Shown piece after piece: positions 12,438-26,143 of a stretch of DNA of 64,000 bases. The notes under the pieces were generated by a model. The model did not search any database. It had not been told where the DNA came from and worked only from the letters and a program-made list of their open reading frames with translations. Made by a program: the position numbers and the translations under genes. The DNA is from Phaeosaccion multiseriatum (lineage: Eukaryota > Protista > Ochrophyta, other classes), in the NCBI GenBank assembly GCA_965112735.1, contig OZ218953.1, positions 4,030,001 through 4,094,000 on the forward strand, read 5' to 3'. Each line of letters starts with the position of its first letter. Position 1 is the stretch's first letter.

Positions 12438-13678
12438 TCACTTCTGGCTATCCTCAAAGTACAGCCTCGCCAGCTTTTGGCGCAGGGGCTTGGGAAGTTT
12501 GTTGGTGTTGCGCGTGCAGTCCAGCTGGCTGAGCAGGCTCTCTCTGGCCGCCTGGTCCTCCTCCTCCTCCAAGGCCAGCATGAGGTGCAGAGGGGTGGGG
12601 TAGCTCCTGAGCAGTAGCGCAAGCGGGGACGTCAGTGGGCCTAAGCAGCAGTCGAGTAAGAGCCCTTACAAGCGCAGAGTGAGCCGAGCCGCGGAAATCG
12701 GGCCAGCTTTTTGAGGCTTGTGGGTAAAGGAAAGGGAATAAGAGTCGTTGTGCCTCACCTCAGGATGGCTTCGGCTCGTAGTCTGCTGCACCCTGGAATT
12801 TGCCGCAGTTGGAAGCCGAAACACGTGCCTACGTCGACATCCTTGTTCTTCCCGCATTTCTTCTCGTACTCCGCGAAGCTCATCGCTGCCTTCAGCGTGC
12901 CCGCAGCTGCACGGGACAACAAAGCAAAAGAGGGGCAGAATTGAGTAGTGGCGTCTCGGGGAGGCGACCTCGTCAAGAAAAACCTTGCTCACGGCCCCGC
13001 GTCCTCCTCTTCTCCTCTTACCGAGTTGGAGCTCGATGTGCTTATGCATCCGCTTCAAAAACGCCAGTGATTTCGTCAGGTCTGAGCACCACTGCACCTG
13101 AAAGCCCCATTGTATCTGACATAGTTTTGACGAGAAAGAGGTAATACCCAGGGTGAAGACGTGCAAGAAGATGAGAGGACAACAATCAGGAGGGAAGACA
13201 CTCAGCTGAACTAACTCACTCAACCTGCAAAACCCTGACGCGCCCTGCCCTCCTTCCCACCACCACCTCCAGTGCACACATACCTGTGTGTCAATCATAG
13301 CTGTGCGTAGCGCGGGGTTGCCTATGCAACTTACTCCCGAGGACGTGCCCTCCACCAGGTACACAACGTGACTCAGCCCGCTCTCCTTGAGCCGCAGTTT
13401 TTGCTCGTTGTAACGCCCGTCCATGATGGAGGCCGCCAGATCGTCCGCAGTCTTGCGCTCTATAACATGCCCAAGCACCACGGGAGGAGCGGTGGCGTTC
13501 CACAAGTCCCGCGCAATCCACAGCATGTCTCCGAGCACGAGCTGTTGGACCTCGCACGCCACCCCTCCTTGTCGGAGGTGCGACCTAGTGACGTGGCAGT
13601 CCTTCTCTCTTCGATCCACTACCAGGACAACCTGCCACCGATCCCGGACTAGCGCGATGCCACCATCGCTGCTCGTGC

Positions 13679-13730
<52 letters not shown>

Positions 13731-14754
13731 CCCTGTACCTCCTGCTCGACCTGCAGCCCGGGCGCTGCTACTGCTGCCACCGCCTCCCTCTGGGATTGCA
13801 GAGGTTCAGCGAGAAGATGGTGGTGGGAGTCAGTTTGGCAATGGGTGCATTTTCCCTCCAGCGGGGGTAGGGGGGGGCGGGGGTGCAGAGCAGTCAATCA
13901 GAAGCTTCCCCCTCGTCATCACCCTTCTCTGGAGCACTCACCACTCGACGCAATACGCCTGAGATTGCCGGCCAGGGAACAGTTGTGGGGGGGGGGGATC
14001 ACCTGCCTCGGTGCCCCCCGGGGCGGTGAGAGGGAGTTGCTCTCCACACGCGGACGCGCCCCACCGCCAGAGCTGCTGCTGCTGCCGCTGGCCCCACGTC
14101 CACGCCCGCTACTACTCCCGCCCCCACCCCCACCACCAACCCCGCCACCTCCACCACCGCCAGTGCCTCCCCCCTGTATCTGCTGCTGCTGCTGCGGCTG
14201 CTGCCCGACTATTTTCGGCAATGCTTTTTCCAAGATTGTGGCAAGGAAGCCCCCTACTCCTTTTAGCTGTCTGAGCTCCTCCGTTGTGGTCAGAGGCTCG
14301 GTGCAGCGCCGGACAGAAGCTTGAGCTCTGAGCACTGAAAGCCTGATAGGTGGGATGGCAGCGGGGCAAGTAAAGTTCAAAACACAGCAGCAGTATGCAG
14401 TATGAAGAGGGGTGCCCGGGAGAGAGAGCAGCACCAAGTCGAAAAGGCGGATGAGTGGGGCTGGGAAAGGGGGGCACCGATCCACTAAGATATTTGTGCC
14501 CTCCCGTAAGATGGGGCGCTTCCGTGCAGATTAACAATGGCAAAGGCCTCAAGCCCAAATGCATACCCCCCCTTCTAAGGGCAAAGACTCGAGAGAGGAG
14601 GGCGGGAAATACCAAGGTTAGTCGTAAAAAAAAGGGAACCGCCGTTTTTTTACCTGAGTTGGATCTTCGCCTTGCGTAGGCACTCATCCTCCAGCTGCTT
14701 CAGGGCCTCGAAGATACCGTCATTGGCCCTACATTGACACTGGGAAGGGGCCAT
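12438..14754 (-). CDS. MUS81: Crossover-junction endonuclease MUS81
   Basis: N-terminal HhH (ELRQLKGVGGFLATIL), ERCC4 nuclease (VVDRRE, GDMLWIAR, VIERKTADDLAASIMDGRYNEQKLRL, VVYLVEG), C-terminal HhH (QLRQIPGCS...YPTPLHL). Confidence 0.92.
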
Positions 14755-15048
14755 CCAGCCACCCCGCGCGTCTGTCCGGGAGAAGCCTTCCACAAGGTGA
14801 CACGTTGATTTCAAGACCTATTCCTTTGCCGAAAAGCTCGCTCGCCAGAGGGGATCACAGAGCAAGACACAGGAGAGCAGCGAGAGGGGGAGAGGGGCAT
14901 ATTTGCCGCTGTGGGAGATGGAAAATCTTGGGGTTGATGGTCCGGCGCAGGCAGGTCGATCCGGTTCACAGATGGCTAGATGCACAACACATGAACTTGA
15001 GACTGTGTAGCTGTTCGATATATGTATTAGATAGGAGTGGATGGGACC

Positions 15049-17948
15049 ATGGCGATGGCACCGGTGTTGGGACTCACAGCAGCTGGCAGCCTGGGATGTC
15101 TGGGTTTCTCTGGTCCCTTGCCCTCTGTTCCCCTGAGAGCGAGTCACGGCTTGACTGGAAGGAATCGTGAAGAGGAAGGGAGGCCTTTCATTTGGGGGAG
15201 AAGGAGACCTCATCCTTCGTCCCGCTCTTGTCAAGGCGTGTATCATGGAGTTGCTGACTTCTCTGCCTCATCTACAGCTGTGGCAGCAACAGTGCTGACT
15301 GCGGAAGGGAACCAGGGGGTCAAGAAGGGGCGAGGCGGCGATGCTGCAGAAACAACCACGAGAAATGAATGGCGCGTCATCGCTGGGCTTGCTGCACCCG
15401 AAACCATACGCCTGTCTTTCGGCTTCTGTTGCCTAGTGCTTTCTGCAGTGCTCGAGTCTAGAGTGCCCAAGTACAAGTACGTGTTATTGTTCGGTGGGTG
15501 GAGTACAGGGGGAAGACCGTCAGCCTCCAAAGCATACAGTAAAGACAAATCAAACACGCCCCTCGCAGGTCGGGATTTCTGAACGCGCTGCTGAGTTCAG
15601 GCACGACGGGTGCCGCACAAGCCTTCAAAGCAAACATGACGGTACGAGAGGATTGGAGACTGGTTACGATAGTTGTGAGTAGGTAGCAGTGAAGACAAGA
15701 CAGAGCCGGGGAATGTACTGCAGTGCGCTGCCTTCTGCGACCAATAAGCTTTTGCCCTGTCTCCCGTCCTCTCCATTGCATACCTTCCGTCCTCCCTCCC
15801 GTCCTTCCTTCCTCCCTTAGGGCTTCGTATTGGTCAGCATTTGGAGCTGCGCGCTCTACCAGCTCACGAATTTAGCCTTCCAACTATCCAGCAATCGAAT
15901 CATAGCCCGCTTAAGGAGGAGGGTGCTATGCAGCCTTTTGGGTAAGGAAATTTCTTTTCATGAGGAGAACAGGACGGGAGAACTCATAAGGTACGACGGA
16001 TCACCTCTGCTCCCGTGCACATTCTAAGGAGGCGAGAAAGAGGGGGGGGGGGAAGAAGAGCAATCGATTGTCTTGTTTGGATGGCGGACACACCACACAT
16101 TTCTTCAAGGACAGTCAGAAGAAGGGTGGAAGGGGAATGAATGCCCCTTCCTAACTGTACTCTAAGAACTCTCTCGCCCGTCTTTTGACCCCTTCGCCCC
16201 ACCCCCCCCCCCCCCAAGCCGTCTGTCGTCCGACGCTGAGAAGATCGACAAGGTCGTGAGCTTCCACTTGCATGCTGTGTTCTTCGAGGGCTTCAAGTCT
16301 CTGGGGTGCATGTACGAGCTGGTGCGCATGTCCAGAGGCCTTTCTGCCATCATCCTGACGGGATCTGTAAGTACGTGTAAGAACTCCACGTTTCCCCCAT
16401 TGCAGACTGACGACGCGCACGTTGAGGCGCTATTGTTCTGCGTCACTTCTTCTTTCCCTCCTCCTCCTCCTCCTCTCTCTCTCTATGGTACTCAGCACCC
16501 TCCTGTCACCTTCCTCTCCTCTCCTCTCTGCACAGGTGCTCTGCGCTTTGGCGAACTATAGGTTTGGACAAGTGCGCAGAACATTGGTACGTTTAGAGGG
16601 ACCACCTATTCCTTACCACCACTTCACCACCACCAAGTATGCTTCTGTATAGGAGCTTAGGTCCGCATACCGGCCTCTCTCACACACTTACGCGCACGCA
16701 CACACACAACACACCAACCCTCTCTCTATCTTCTCTCTCTCTCTCTCTCGCTCTCGCTCTCTTTGTCTTCAATCACGCACATACCTCATCTCCTCCTATT
16801 TTCATTGAAAACAATTCTCTGTCTCTGTGCCAGTCGCGGGACATCCAGACCGGCCTCGCAAGGGCGAGTGCTGTGGCCCAGGATGCCCTCAGCAACGTCA
16901 GATCTGTTCGCCTGTTCGACGCGTCTGAGTTCGAGCTGCGGCGGTACGACACCAAGCTCGACGTCTCCTTGCGCCAGCAGGTGAGAGAGGCAACACGCAG
17001 CGTGAGACGGCCACCTGCAGAGCTTGGCAGTAGGGAAGGCTAAAGGCGGGCAAGAAGAGACATCGTACCGTGCCTTGGCGGGGGATGTCGGTCTTCGGCT
17101 CTATTTCATGGCTTTTGGAGTTCACATCCCGTGTCTGTTTGCACGATTTCGCTTCAGTGGCTGTGACTGTGTGGAAGGCTGTGTGGAAGTGAGTCGAATC
17201 CCCGAAGTGCGCACTCTTGCCTGCCGCGTACATCGTCCTGGTCCTGGCACGTGTAATGCAGCTTTGACGTGTGTACAGCGTCAGGAGTGGAGTGCTTCTT
17301 GCTCATGGCTTGCTCATGGCTTGCTGCCTTCTTCCACTTCCTCGCAGGATGGCAAGAGCAAATACGTTGCGCGGTCGAAGCTCGGGCTCAACGGACTCAG
17401 TACAGGCCTACATGTGTGCCTGTGGTGCGGGGCCGCTCAGCTCATCGGGAGAGGAGAGTTTCCGACTTCCCTTCTCCTCACCTATTTTGAGTACACCAAA
17501 ATGGTCTATGGAGCAGTGCAGAGAATTGGAGAGAAATGGTGAGTCCCAGGGGGGCAAGAGTAGCTCAGTCGTTCCCTGTCCCGTCTCATGGGACAGGGTG
17601 ATCGCTCTTCAGCTCTCGTATGTCCCGCCTTCTTCCCTCAACTTGTCCACCCCCCCCCTTCCCCTTGTGTCCCTCGGGCGCTCGCCACGTCCTCCGCCTT
17701 TCTCCTCCGCACTCATCCACTGATCGAATCACTGTCGCACTGACTGACTGACTGACTCACTCACTCACTCACTCACTCACTGACTGACAAACTGACCCAC
17801 TCACTGACTGGCTGGCCTGCTGATCTTTACCCCCCTCCCCCCGCAGGGTTCGGATATGGGACGCCATGGGCTCTGCTGAGAAAGTGCTGGGCCTTGTTGA
17901 TGTAGAGGGGCCGACGGGCGCTCTCTCTCGTCATGACCAGGGGCACAC

Positions 17949-17983
<35 letters not shown>

Positions 17984-19516
17984 GAGGGGGTGCCGTGGGT
18001 ACTGCTGAGGGCACTGCCGCTGACGCCAGCGAGGTGTTGATACGATTCCAGTAAGTGCCAGGCAATCTGTACGTTCCAAATGCCGCATTGCCCTCTCTTA
18101 TACCCTTCCCTCGCAGGAACGCAAACGAGGCACTATGCTCCCATCCTCATCCTCATCCTTTCTCCTCGACCTTTTCACCTCTCTCCCCTTTGGGACCAAT
18201 GTCCTCCTATCCAGCAACTGCTCCTTCAGCTACCCCACCCGCCGTCAAGTGCCCGTGCTGACGGGGCTGAACCTCGAGGTGAAGCGAGGCGAGAAGGTGG
18301 CCCTCGTGGCCCCGTCAGGCTCGGGAAAGAGCTCCATCTTCGCGTTACTGTGCAGGTGTGTGTGTGCCTCAAAGTCAACACAAGGGGGAGTGAGAGAACT
18401 TGACTCACTCACTGCCTCTTCTTTGTGCCGGCCTTCTTCCCTCGCACTCGCACCACAGATTATACGATGTGGACGAGGGACTTGTTACTCTGGGAGGACA
18501 GGATATTCGCGGCATCCCCAAGTCTGTGGTCAGCAGGAGGGTATGTTGGGTGACGAGCTCCCCGCAGCTCTCCTCTTGTTCCATCCGAGAGAACATCACC
18601 TACGGGTAAGGAACCGCCAACCTCCATCAGTTTCGGCTGCCATGTTCAATCATCCTTAGTTTCTTCTCGCTCTCGCGCCCTGTAACCACATTCATTCGCT
18701 TCTTCGTTCCCTCGTTACATCTGCAGTCTGGATGCGAAGGCGTTTAGCGAGAGCGATCTTCTCTCTGCCGCCACCAAGGCCAGGGTCCACGATTTTGTGT
18801 GTGCTTTGCCTGAGGGCTATGGCACACTCGTTGGAGAGAAAGGAGTGGCCCTGAGCGAAGGGCAGAAACAGCGTGTGGCTCTTGCGAGAGCAATTCTTAG
18901 AGACCCCGAGGTAAGAAAGAGTGTTCGGCGTGGAAAGTCTCAGAGGGAGAGGATGGGGGAGGCGGAGGGGTATGTCTCGTGGCATCGATCAGCAAGCAGG
19001 TAACTATCTATATATCCAATCTCGCGGCGCTTTTCCCTTTGCAGATTCTCCTGCTGGACGAGGCCTTGAACAGGTGAGGCACTGGCTGGCACACATGCCT
19101 GCTTTCTGTCGCGCACAATTGTATCATACCACATGAAGTTTGGCCTGGAAATGACATGTGGACCTCCTCACTCAGCTTGATGCTCGAGCCAGTATTCGAC
19201 CCCTCTCTCTCTTCCTCTCTCTGTGTGTGTGTGTGAGTGTGGGTGTGCGGGTGGGTGTCGGGGTGTATGTATGGCGTGTGTGTTGTGCCTCTCTCGTTCG
19301 TCATCAAATGTGCACTGCTCGATGCTACCTCTACTGACTGCTTGCTTCTGGCCTCGCCTTGCTTTCTCCCCAACTCACTCACTGCGCAGTCTCGACCAGG
19401 AGAACATGGAGGCGGTGCGCGACGCAATCGAAAGTGCGAGTGCGGGGCGGACGACGATCATGGTATCCCACCAAGTTCCATCGGTGTGGACGGTAGACAG
19501 GGAAGTTGAGCTGTGA
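15049..19516 (+). CDS. ABCB-type half transporter (TAP/ABCB10-like) with divergent NBD motifs; 3' end uncertain
   Basis: ~12 exons: [116 protein letters not shown]. Confidence 0.85.
17738..17815. repeat. (CTGA)/(CTCA) microsatellite in an ABC-transporter intron
   Basis: cactgactgactgactgactcactcactc... tract. Confidence 0.85.
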
Positions 19517-21480
19517 GGCCGCGCCAAGCTGAGAAGATGGAAGATGGGGACACGGACACGACCGGCGACGGCCATGTGTGCCCATCGTACCCAGCCACGG
19601 GTCGGATCTCGGTAGTGCCGGCCGGAGTAGCTCTCTCTCGCGCGCTGGTAAGGTGGAGGGGATGGTTGCAGCGGAGTGACTGGGCTCGCTTTCGACGAGG
19701 AACAAGGCAAGCCGCTTGCATCACCAGCCTTCGACTTGATAGTGCCACGCAGCGCCCAGGAGATGAGCGACGCCGCGTTTGTTCGTGTCCACGCATCCAG
19801 CCAGCCACGTGCAGATGATGTCGCACTCACTCCTCGCTCTCTGTGAAATCTCAATGACGGGATTTTGGGCCGTAAGGGGCGAGCCGCTGCGGGAAAGTCG
19901 TCTTGTCCGCTACGGCTCGTTCGTACGGCCCCGACGCAACAGCCAGCCGCGCTGCTTCTGTTGGCCTTGCTTGCTTTTTAATTAAGGACCTACTCTAGCT
20001 GATGCTGTGGATGTGGAGGCGAAGGAGTCAAGCCCGAGGCGGGAAGATGAGATGGGAGCCGAGCACGACGCGCGCAGCGAACAGGAACAGGAACAGTCGC
20101 TGACGCATTGGAGATACCGTGCTTGCGAAGGGCTCTTCGCCACTTGCAGGATCCATCTCCCGTGAGGAAGGAGCCAAGGGCTCGTCTCACTTCTTCCAGC
20201 GGGGGTGGAGAGGTTTGCTTACTGGGCTGCGCTGGCTCTTTGGCGCCAAGCCCAAATGGCGTTTCACCCCCCCCCCCCCTTTTACTTGCTTACTTACTTA
20301 CTCACTCACTCGGGTCAGGAGCTCCATATAGGGGATCTCGACATTCAGTATCGGGGTTTCGACTTTCAGTGTCGGGGCTCGATATTGAGTGTGGGCGATT
20401 TCTGGAGCCAGAGAGCTCTCGCAGCGATACGAAGGCGGGGGGGGTGACTGGGCAAGTACAGTGAGGAATCGAGCTCTAATCAAGCGGAAGGCACTACAGG
20501 CCAAGGCAGCACCAGGGACGAAGACAATTTTTATTATTTTTGTTGTGTGTTCCGTAATACTACGTAATTGAGAGAAAAAATGGAGTTCAAGGCCCAAGCG
20601 GCTGCAGAGTAGGGCCTCTATTGCTCTGCTGGAGCAAGGCAGTGAGATCAGCAAGAGGCTCGAAGAGGCCTACCACCTCTACCCAGGGTACTCCAGGCAC
20701 TGCGGAAGGTTATATTATTATATTCCTTAAACGTCCCGCAGGCTCAACGTCCCGCACGCGCCCACACACGCACGCACGCAGCCACCTTCATTTATAAAAT
20801 GAATTTTACATCGCCGCCCACCACCTCTTCAGCACGGACCATCCCCTTGGCACAGGAAAGGAGGTGTGGGGCGCGTCAAGCGTTGCGTGTCAGTCTTGTT
20901 GAGGCAGGATGAGGCTTCCGTGCCCCTGCCTCGCGCTTGCGTTCCTTCCTTCCACACCCCGCTCCCTCCTCATCACACGGCTCGGCTCTTGTACCAGCCT
21001 GCCTGACCAGAGCCCGCGGTGGCGTTGCTTCCTTATTGCTTCTTGCTGCTTCCTTCGGCGAGTCGTCCCCGGGCAGCTGGACGGACGGCGTAAAAAGAAG
21101 CCGGCCGTTCATCAATGACCCCAGAGTGCCATTTTTAGGGGCCAAGGTTGGGCAACAGGCTGCTCGATTTTACTTTTGGGGGACTGAGAGGACGACCACG
21201 GCGGCTTGTTGGGCAAAGTAAAGGAGCAGCCGGAGGTGGGGGCATGCTGCGGCGAGGGTCGCGTTTCGTGCAAAAGTAAGGAGCAAAGCAGCAAAAGGAG
21301 CAACACGCGCGCAGGAGGGAGTTATGTTCCGCATTTCCAAATTCCGCATCTCGCCAACGACGAGTAGGGCAAGGCAGGGGGCGGAGGTGGACGCGCCCCT
21401 GAGGACTTGAGTGAGGAGGAGAATCTCTGATAGTGGGACTCGCCGGCGAAGGTGCGGGCTCTTGCGGGCTGCCCCAGCAC

Positions 21481-22054
21481 ATGGGCGGGGAGCGCATTCG
21501 AGACGGGCGCGGGGAAAACAGCTTCTGCTTCCGGCCTGCGATGGGCCTGCCGGCGGATGCGCAAGTAAAGGTGGGCGAGCAGAGCCAGGCGCGGCTGCAG
21601 AGCAGCGGCAAGACATCTCCTTGTTCCTCCTCCTCGACGACGTCGCCCCTGTCGCCGCACCAGCAGTTGACAGCCTTTAGCTACGGGCTGCAGACTCTGT
21701 CTAACTCTGCGACCGTGTGGGCAGCCGGAGGCCCTCCCCCAGCGGAGACGATAGCTGCTGCGACGGAGTCACCGGCGGCACCGGAGGATGCGTCTCCAGT
21801 TATGCCTGACGAGCCGCGGGGCAGCGGAGGCGGGGGTGCAGCGGCTGAAGGGAACATTCTCACCGGGGGAAGAGGCGGGGTGGGGGTGAGCTTTGCCAGA
21901 GCGGACGGTTGCAACGCGCCTGCCCCTCCTGCTGCCGTGTTGACAGCGTGGGGGCTCCAGAAGGGAGGGGGTAGCAGTACTGGCAGCAGTGGCAGCGGTG
22001 TCAGGTCCACTCCGGAGACGTCTGTTTGTAGTACTGGGAGCAGCAGCAGCGGCG

Positions 22055-22085
<31 letters not shown>

Positions 22086-22792
22086 CTTCTCCCCATGTGG
22101 AGCGGACGCGGAAAGAACTTCCCTGTGGGAGCCACAGGCGCAGCCTCGGCCCTATGTGCATCCGGCGCCGGCGCAGCCGCAGCAGCAGCAGCCACAGCAG
22201 CAAATCTCCTCGCAGCTGCTGGCCTTGTGGGTGGCCGACGTGCTCGGGCAGAGGCACGGAGGGGCGGCCACAATGCCGGCGCTTGAGGCCAGTTTGAGCG
22301 GGCAAGACCCGCACTGCTTCAAGGTGAGCGGCAGTTTAGAGTGGCGGGCTGGGGCTGAGTGGTGGGGCAAGGAGACGCCGCAAGGATACCCCCCCCCCTT
22401 GGCCGCCGCCCCCCCGAACAAGTTGACATAGATTCGCTCGTCTTTACTTTTTTAGATCTTTGCTTTGAAGCAGTGTCTATACTTGTGCTCGCGTGCCTGT
22501 GCACCATCTCACTTCCCTCTCCTTCCTCGCTTGCTCTCCCCTTTGCTCCTCAGGCGATCCTGGACCGATGTGACGACTTGGTGAACTTCCTGTCTCTCCA
22601 ATCCCAGCGCTTCCTCCTATCGGACGTGGTCACAAGCCCACGCAACGGTCGGCAGCCGGAGCAGCACATGGTTATGGCGCACCTTCTCCCGTCACCATCC
22701 ACATCCGGAGCAGGCCCCGGTGACCTCAATCCACAGCGCCACACACAGAACCCACAACGGGCGTCCTTCTGGCAGCCACATCCGCAGCAGTT

Positions 22793-22834
<42 letters not shown>

Positions 22835-23405
22835 ACAGCAGCAGCCCATGCCTTACCATCCTTCCCAGATGCCCATCCGCAACAGCGGCAGCAACAGCCC
22901 ACATCACTACTACCGACAGCAGCAGCAGGAGGGACGGTATCGCCAACAGCCGCCAGGCTTCGGTCAGCATGCACACTCTCTGCCGCCGCCTGTCACCACC
23001 ACCACCACCCCCACTGCCGCCGCAGCAGCAGGAGGAGGAGGGGGAGGAGTACGAAGCGCTCGGCCGGGTCCCGGGGGCGCGGCGGTAGGCGGCGGCGGCG
23101 GCGGCGGCGGAGGCTTCCTCTCTCCGGAGACCTCTGTCGTGTCAGACACACTAGACATTCTGCGCAGTACCTCCAAGGGAAGCCTCAAAGCCGTGGAGCT
23201 GGCCAACACCCTGCGGGCGCGCGTCGGGGTGGAGGTGCTGTCGCAGGTGCGCGAGTCGTGTGGCGGCTTGCTGAAGCTGCTGGAGAGCCGCCCCGACCTG
23301 TTCCGGGTGCAGCGCATCCCCAAGAGCGACAGCGTCTCTCTGGTGGGGCCCATTTGCAGCAAGCAGCAACAGCAAGCGGCAGCATCGGCGGCGTCGGCGG
23401 CGAGT

Positions 23406-23437
<32 letters not shown>

Positions 23438-24007
23438 GGCAGCATCAGTAGGAGGAAACCAGCAACGAGACCAGCAGCAGCAGTACGCGATGCACTCGTC
23501 GTCGGTACCGTGTGCCACCCGCAATCTCCACCTGCAGCGCTCCGGCGGCGGCGGTTACACAATGCCCGGGGACATTTCCTCGCCCTCCGCCTCCTCCTCG
23601 GTGTCTGCAACATCGTCGCCTTCGGTGGGGTTGTCTAGTCAGAGGTCGCCGCCGCGTTCTCGCTCGTCGTCTGCCTCGTCGCCGCCGATGCTTGCGGGCA
23701 CATCCTCCACTTCCTCCCCCCATCCTCACGGGGTGTGCCCTCCTTCACGCTGCCTCCATGTAGGCAACATCCCTGCCTACATGGGGGAGGGGGACTTGCG
23801 GGAAATGTTCCAGCGCTTTGGGGAGGTGGAGTATGTGCGGGTACTCATCAACGGGAGGAGGCAGCGCTTCGCCTTTGTGAGCTTCGTGGGCATTGGAGCG
23901 GCGATGGCAGCCAAGACCACTCTTAGCGGACAGGGAGACAATTCAGTGTGGCAGAGCATGTCCATCGTCTTCACTCGCCCCAAGGAGCCCCACCTGGTTT
24001 ACGGACC

Positions 24008-24048
<41 letters not shown>

Positions 24049-25034
24049 TGCACAGCCATCGTGCCCAGCAGCAGCCGCAGCAGCAACCTCAGGTGCACTA
24101 CTTCCCGCCCACGCCACCGCCGCCACCGGAGCGGCAGCCAGAAGTCCCTCTGAGTGGCGGTAGCAGTGGCAACAGCGGCACTCTGCGGAGGCCTTGGGAG
24201 TCGGTAGGTAGCAGCAGCTGGGGCAGCGGAGATGCAACGGTACAGACGCCTTCATCGGCACCAGCAGGACCAGCAAAGCCGGGGCTTGGGGACACCAAGG
24301 AAGACCCGTGGGCCGTGGTGGCACCCACGAGTGGCAGCGATGGCGTTGCTGCGCTCTTTGGAGGCACTGCTGGTAGCAGTGGAACGGACAAGACAGGTAT
24401 GGCCACGACCTTGGGCAGCAACTGCAGCATCAGCAGCAGCAGCAGCAGCAGTGGCAGTAATGGCAGCAGCGGTGGCGGCAGCAAGAGTAACAACATGGGC
24501 AGTGGCCGCACCGGCAGTGCGACAGGTGTTCTGCACTCTTCCTTTAGTAGCCTGTCTCTCAATTCGTCTCTGCTGCCCGGGGTCTGCACGCCATCCCCAG
24601 GCTTTGGAGAGGGAGTCGGCGATAGTGCCAGCTCGGCGAATGGCAGCAGAGGATCGGGTCTTCTGCTGAACGACAACGCTGAGCGGCAGCAGCCGCTGCA
24701 CCAGCACCAGCACCAGCAAGAGCAGTGCCAGGAGCAGCAGCATCAGCAGCAGCAACAGCACAATGACAAGGTGCTGTCCGTGCTGACTGACCCCCACTTC
24801 GTGCCCACTCAAGCGTGGCCGGCAGACCACGTGAATGACGCGCCCTATGTGGAAACGCTACTCACGCAGTTGCGTTTCATGGGGGGCGTGACCACCATCA
24901 ACAAGCTGCGAGGATTGCTGAAGCTCCGGCTGCAAAGCCAGGACACTATCAAGAGCGTGCCCCTCAAGGCCTTTTTGCAGGCGCACGCGCACGCCTTCAG
25001 CCTGAACGGCAACCGAGTGTGCCTTGTGGATTAA
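21481..25034 (+). CDS. Large Q/S/G-rich RNA-binding protein: RRM plus probable LOTUS/OST-like winged-helix domains; start codon uncertain
   Basis: Exon to 22323 (GTGAG donor) spliced to 22554; RRM with RNP2 CLHVGNI and RNP1 RFAFVSF; three globular islands ending in ...LxxFL/LLxxxxxxF.. plus a beta hairpin. Confidence 0.75.
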
Positions 25035-25897
25035 GGACAGGAAGGCCGGGGAGCATAGTTACAGCACAGGACCAGTTCGTTTGCAGATTTTTTGACCAAT
25101 AGGGGACCCCACGGAGGAGTGAGTGCGAGCACAACACTCTGCGACCCTGATCTTGGAGTGCTCGAAGACAAACTTTTATTGTTTTTCTGCAGGACCGCCC
25201 ACTGGATGGTGAAGAAGTTGAAGGGCGCAATGACCTCGTCCGAGAGAAGCCGCTCAAGCTTGTCTGTTGCTCCAACCAGGGCTGCATGTTGGCGAGTGAG
25301 AGTTAAGGAAGGAAGGAAGGAATAAGGGAAGGAAGGACACACACTAGCAGCAGCAGGGACGCTCCGGATGCCCACCACACAAGGCAAGTATAGTCTGAAA
25401 GGGTTGTTACTGAAAGGGTATACATACAGTATGGAGGAGGGAGGGAGGGAGGGAGGGGTTGTTGTGGTGTGCACATACCGTTCGCTTGACATGGCGCCAA
25501 GCGCAAGCGTACAGACAGCTTGTTCTATATAGGGGGTACAGAGACCAAACTGTGGTTGGCTTTGGCGGGGTTCGGCCTTGCTACAAGCTCACACACACAC
25601 ATACACAATAGAGGGGCGGGGTGTATATGTGCCGTCATTTGCTTCGGCTGTCTATCTGCACTCCGTCAACGGGGGCGGGAGCTTCGATTTTCGCCCTTGA
25701 TACAAAGTATTGTGTACATGGCCATTACAACCACAACCGCACACATATAAGTAAGCAACACACAAGTTATTAACGTTTTTATAATATTTTTATAATGGTA
25801 TAGTTATCCATCTATTTATTTCCTTTCGGGTTTTTTTTCTACAAAATGCAACACCAATGTTGACCCCGCCGCTTTACGGCGTCACACTGCGTCGTCA

Positions 25898-26112
25898 CTA
25901 CTGCCCCACATTGCTCACATTCACTCCAGCCGGCGCCACCACGGAACCGTACACGGGCACCTGCTGCATCTGCTGCCCTGGCGGTTGTTGCTGCTGGCTT
26001 CCTGCAGGGTAGGAAAGGGGGGTGGCATACACCGGCGGAAAGGCCCCAGGTACAACGGCAGCACCGGGGAGGTGGTTGCCGCCGTGGTTGTGGTTGGTGC
26101 CGTTGTTGGTGC

Positions 26113-26143
<31 letters not shown>

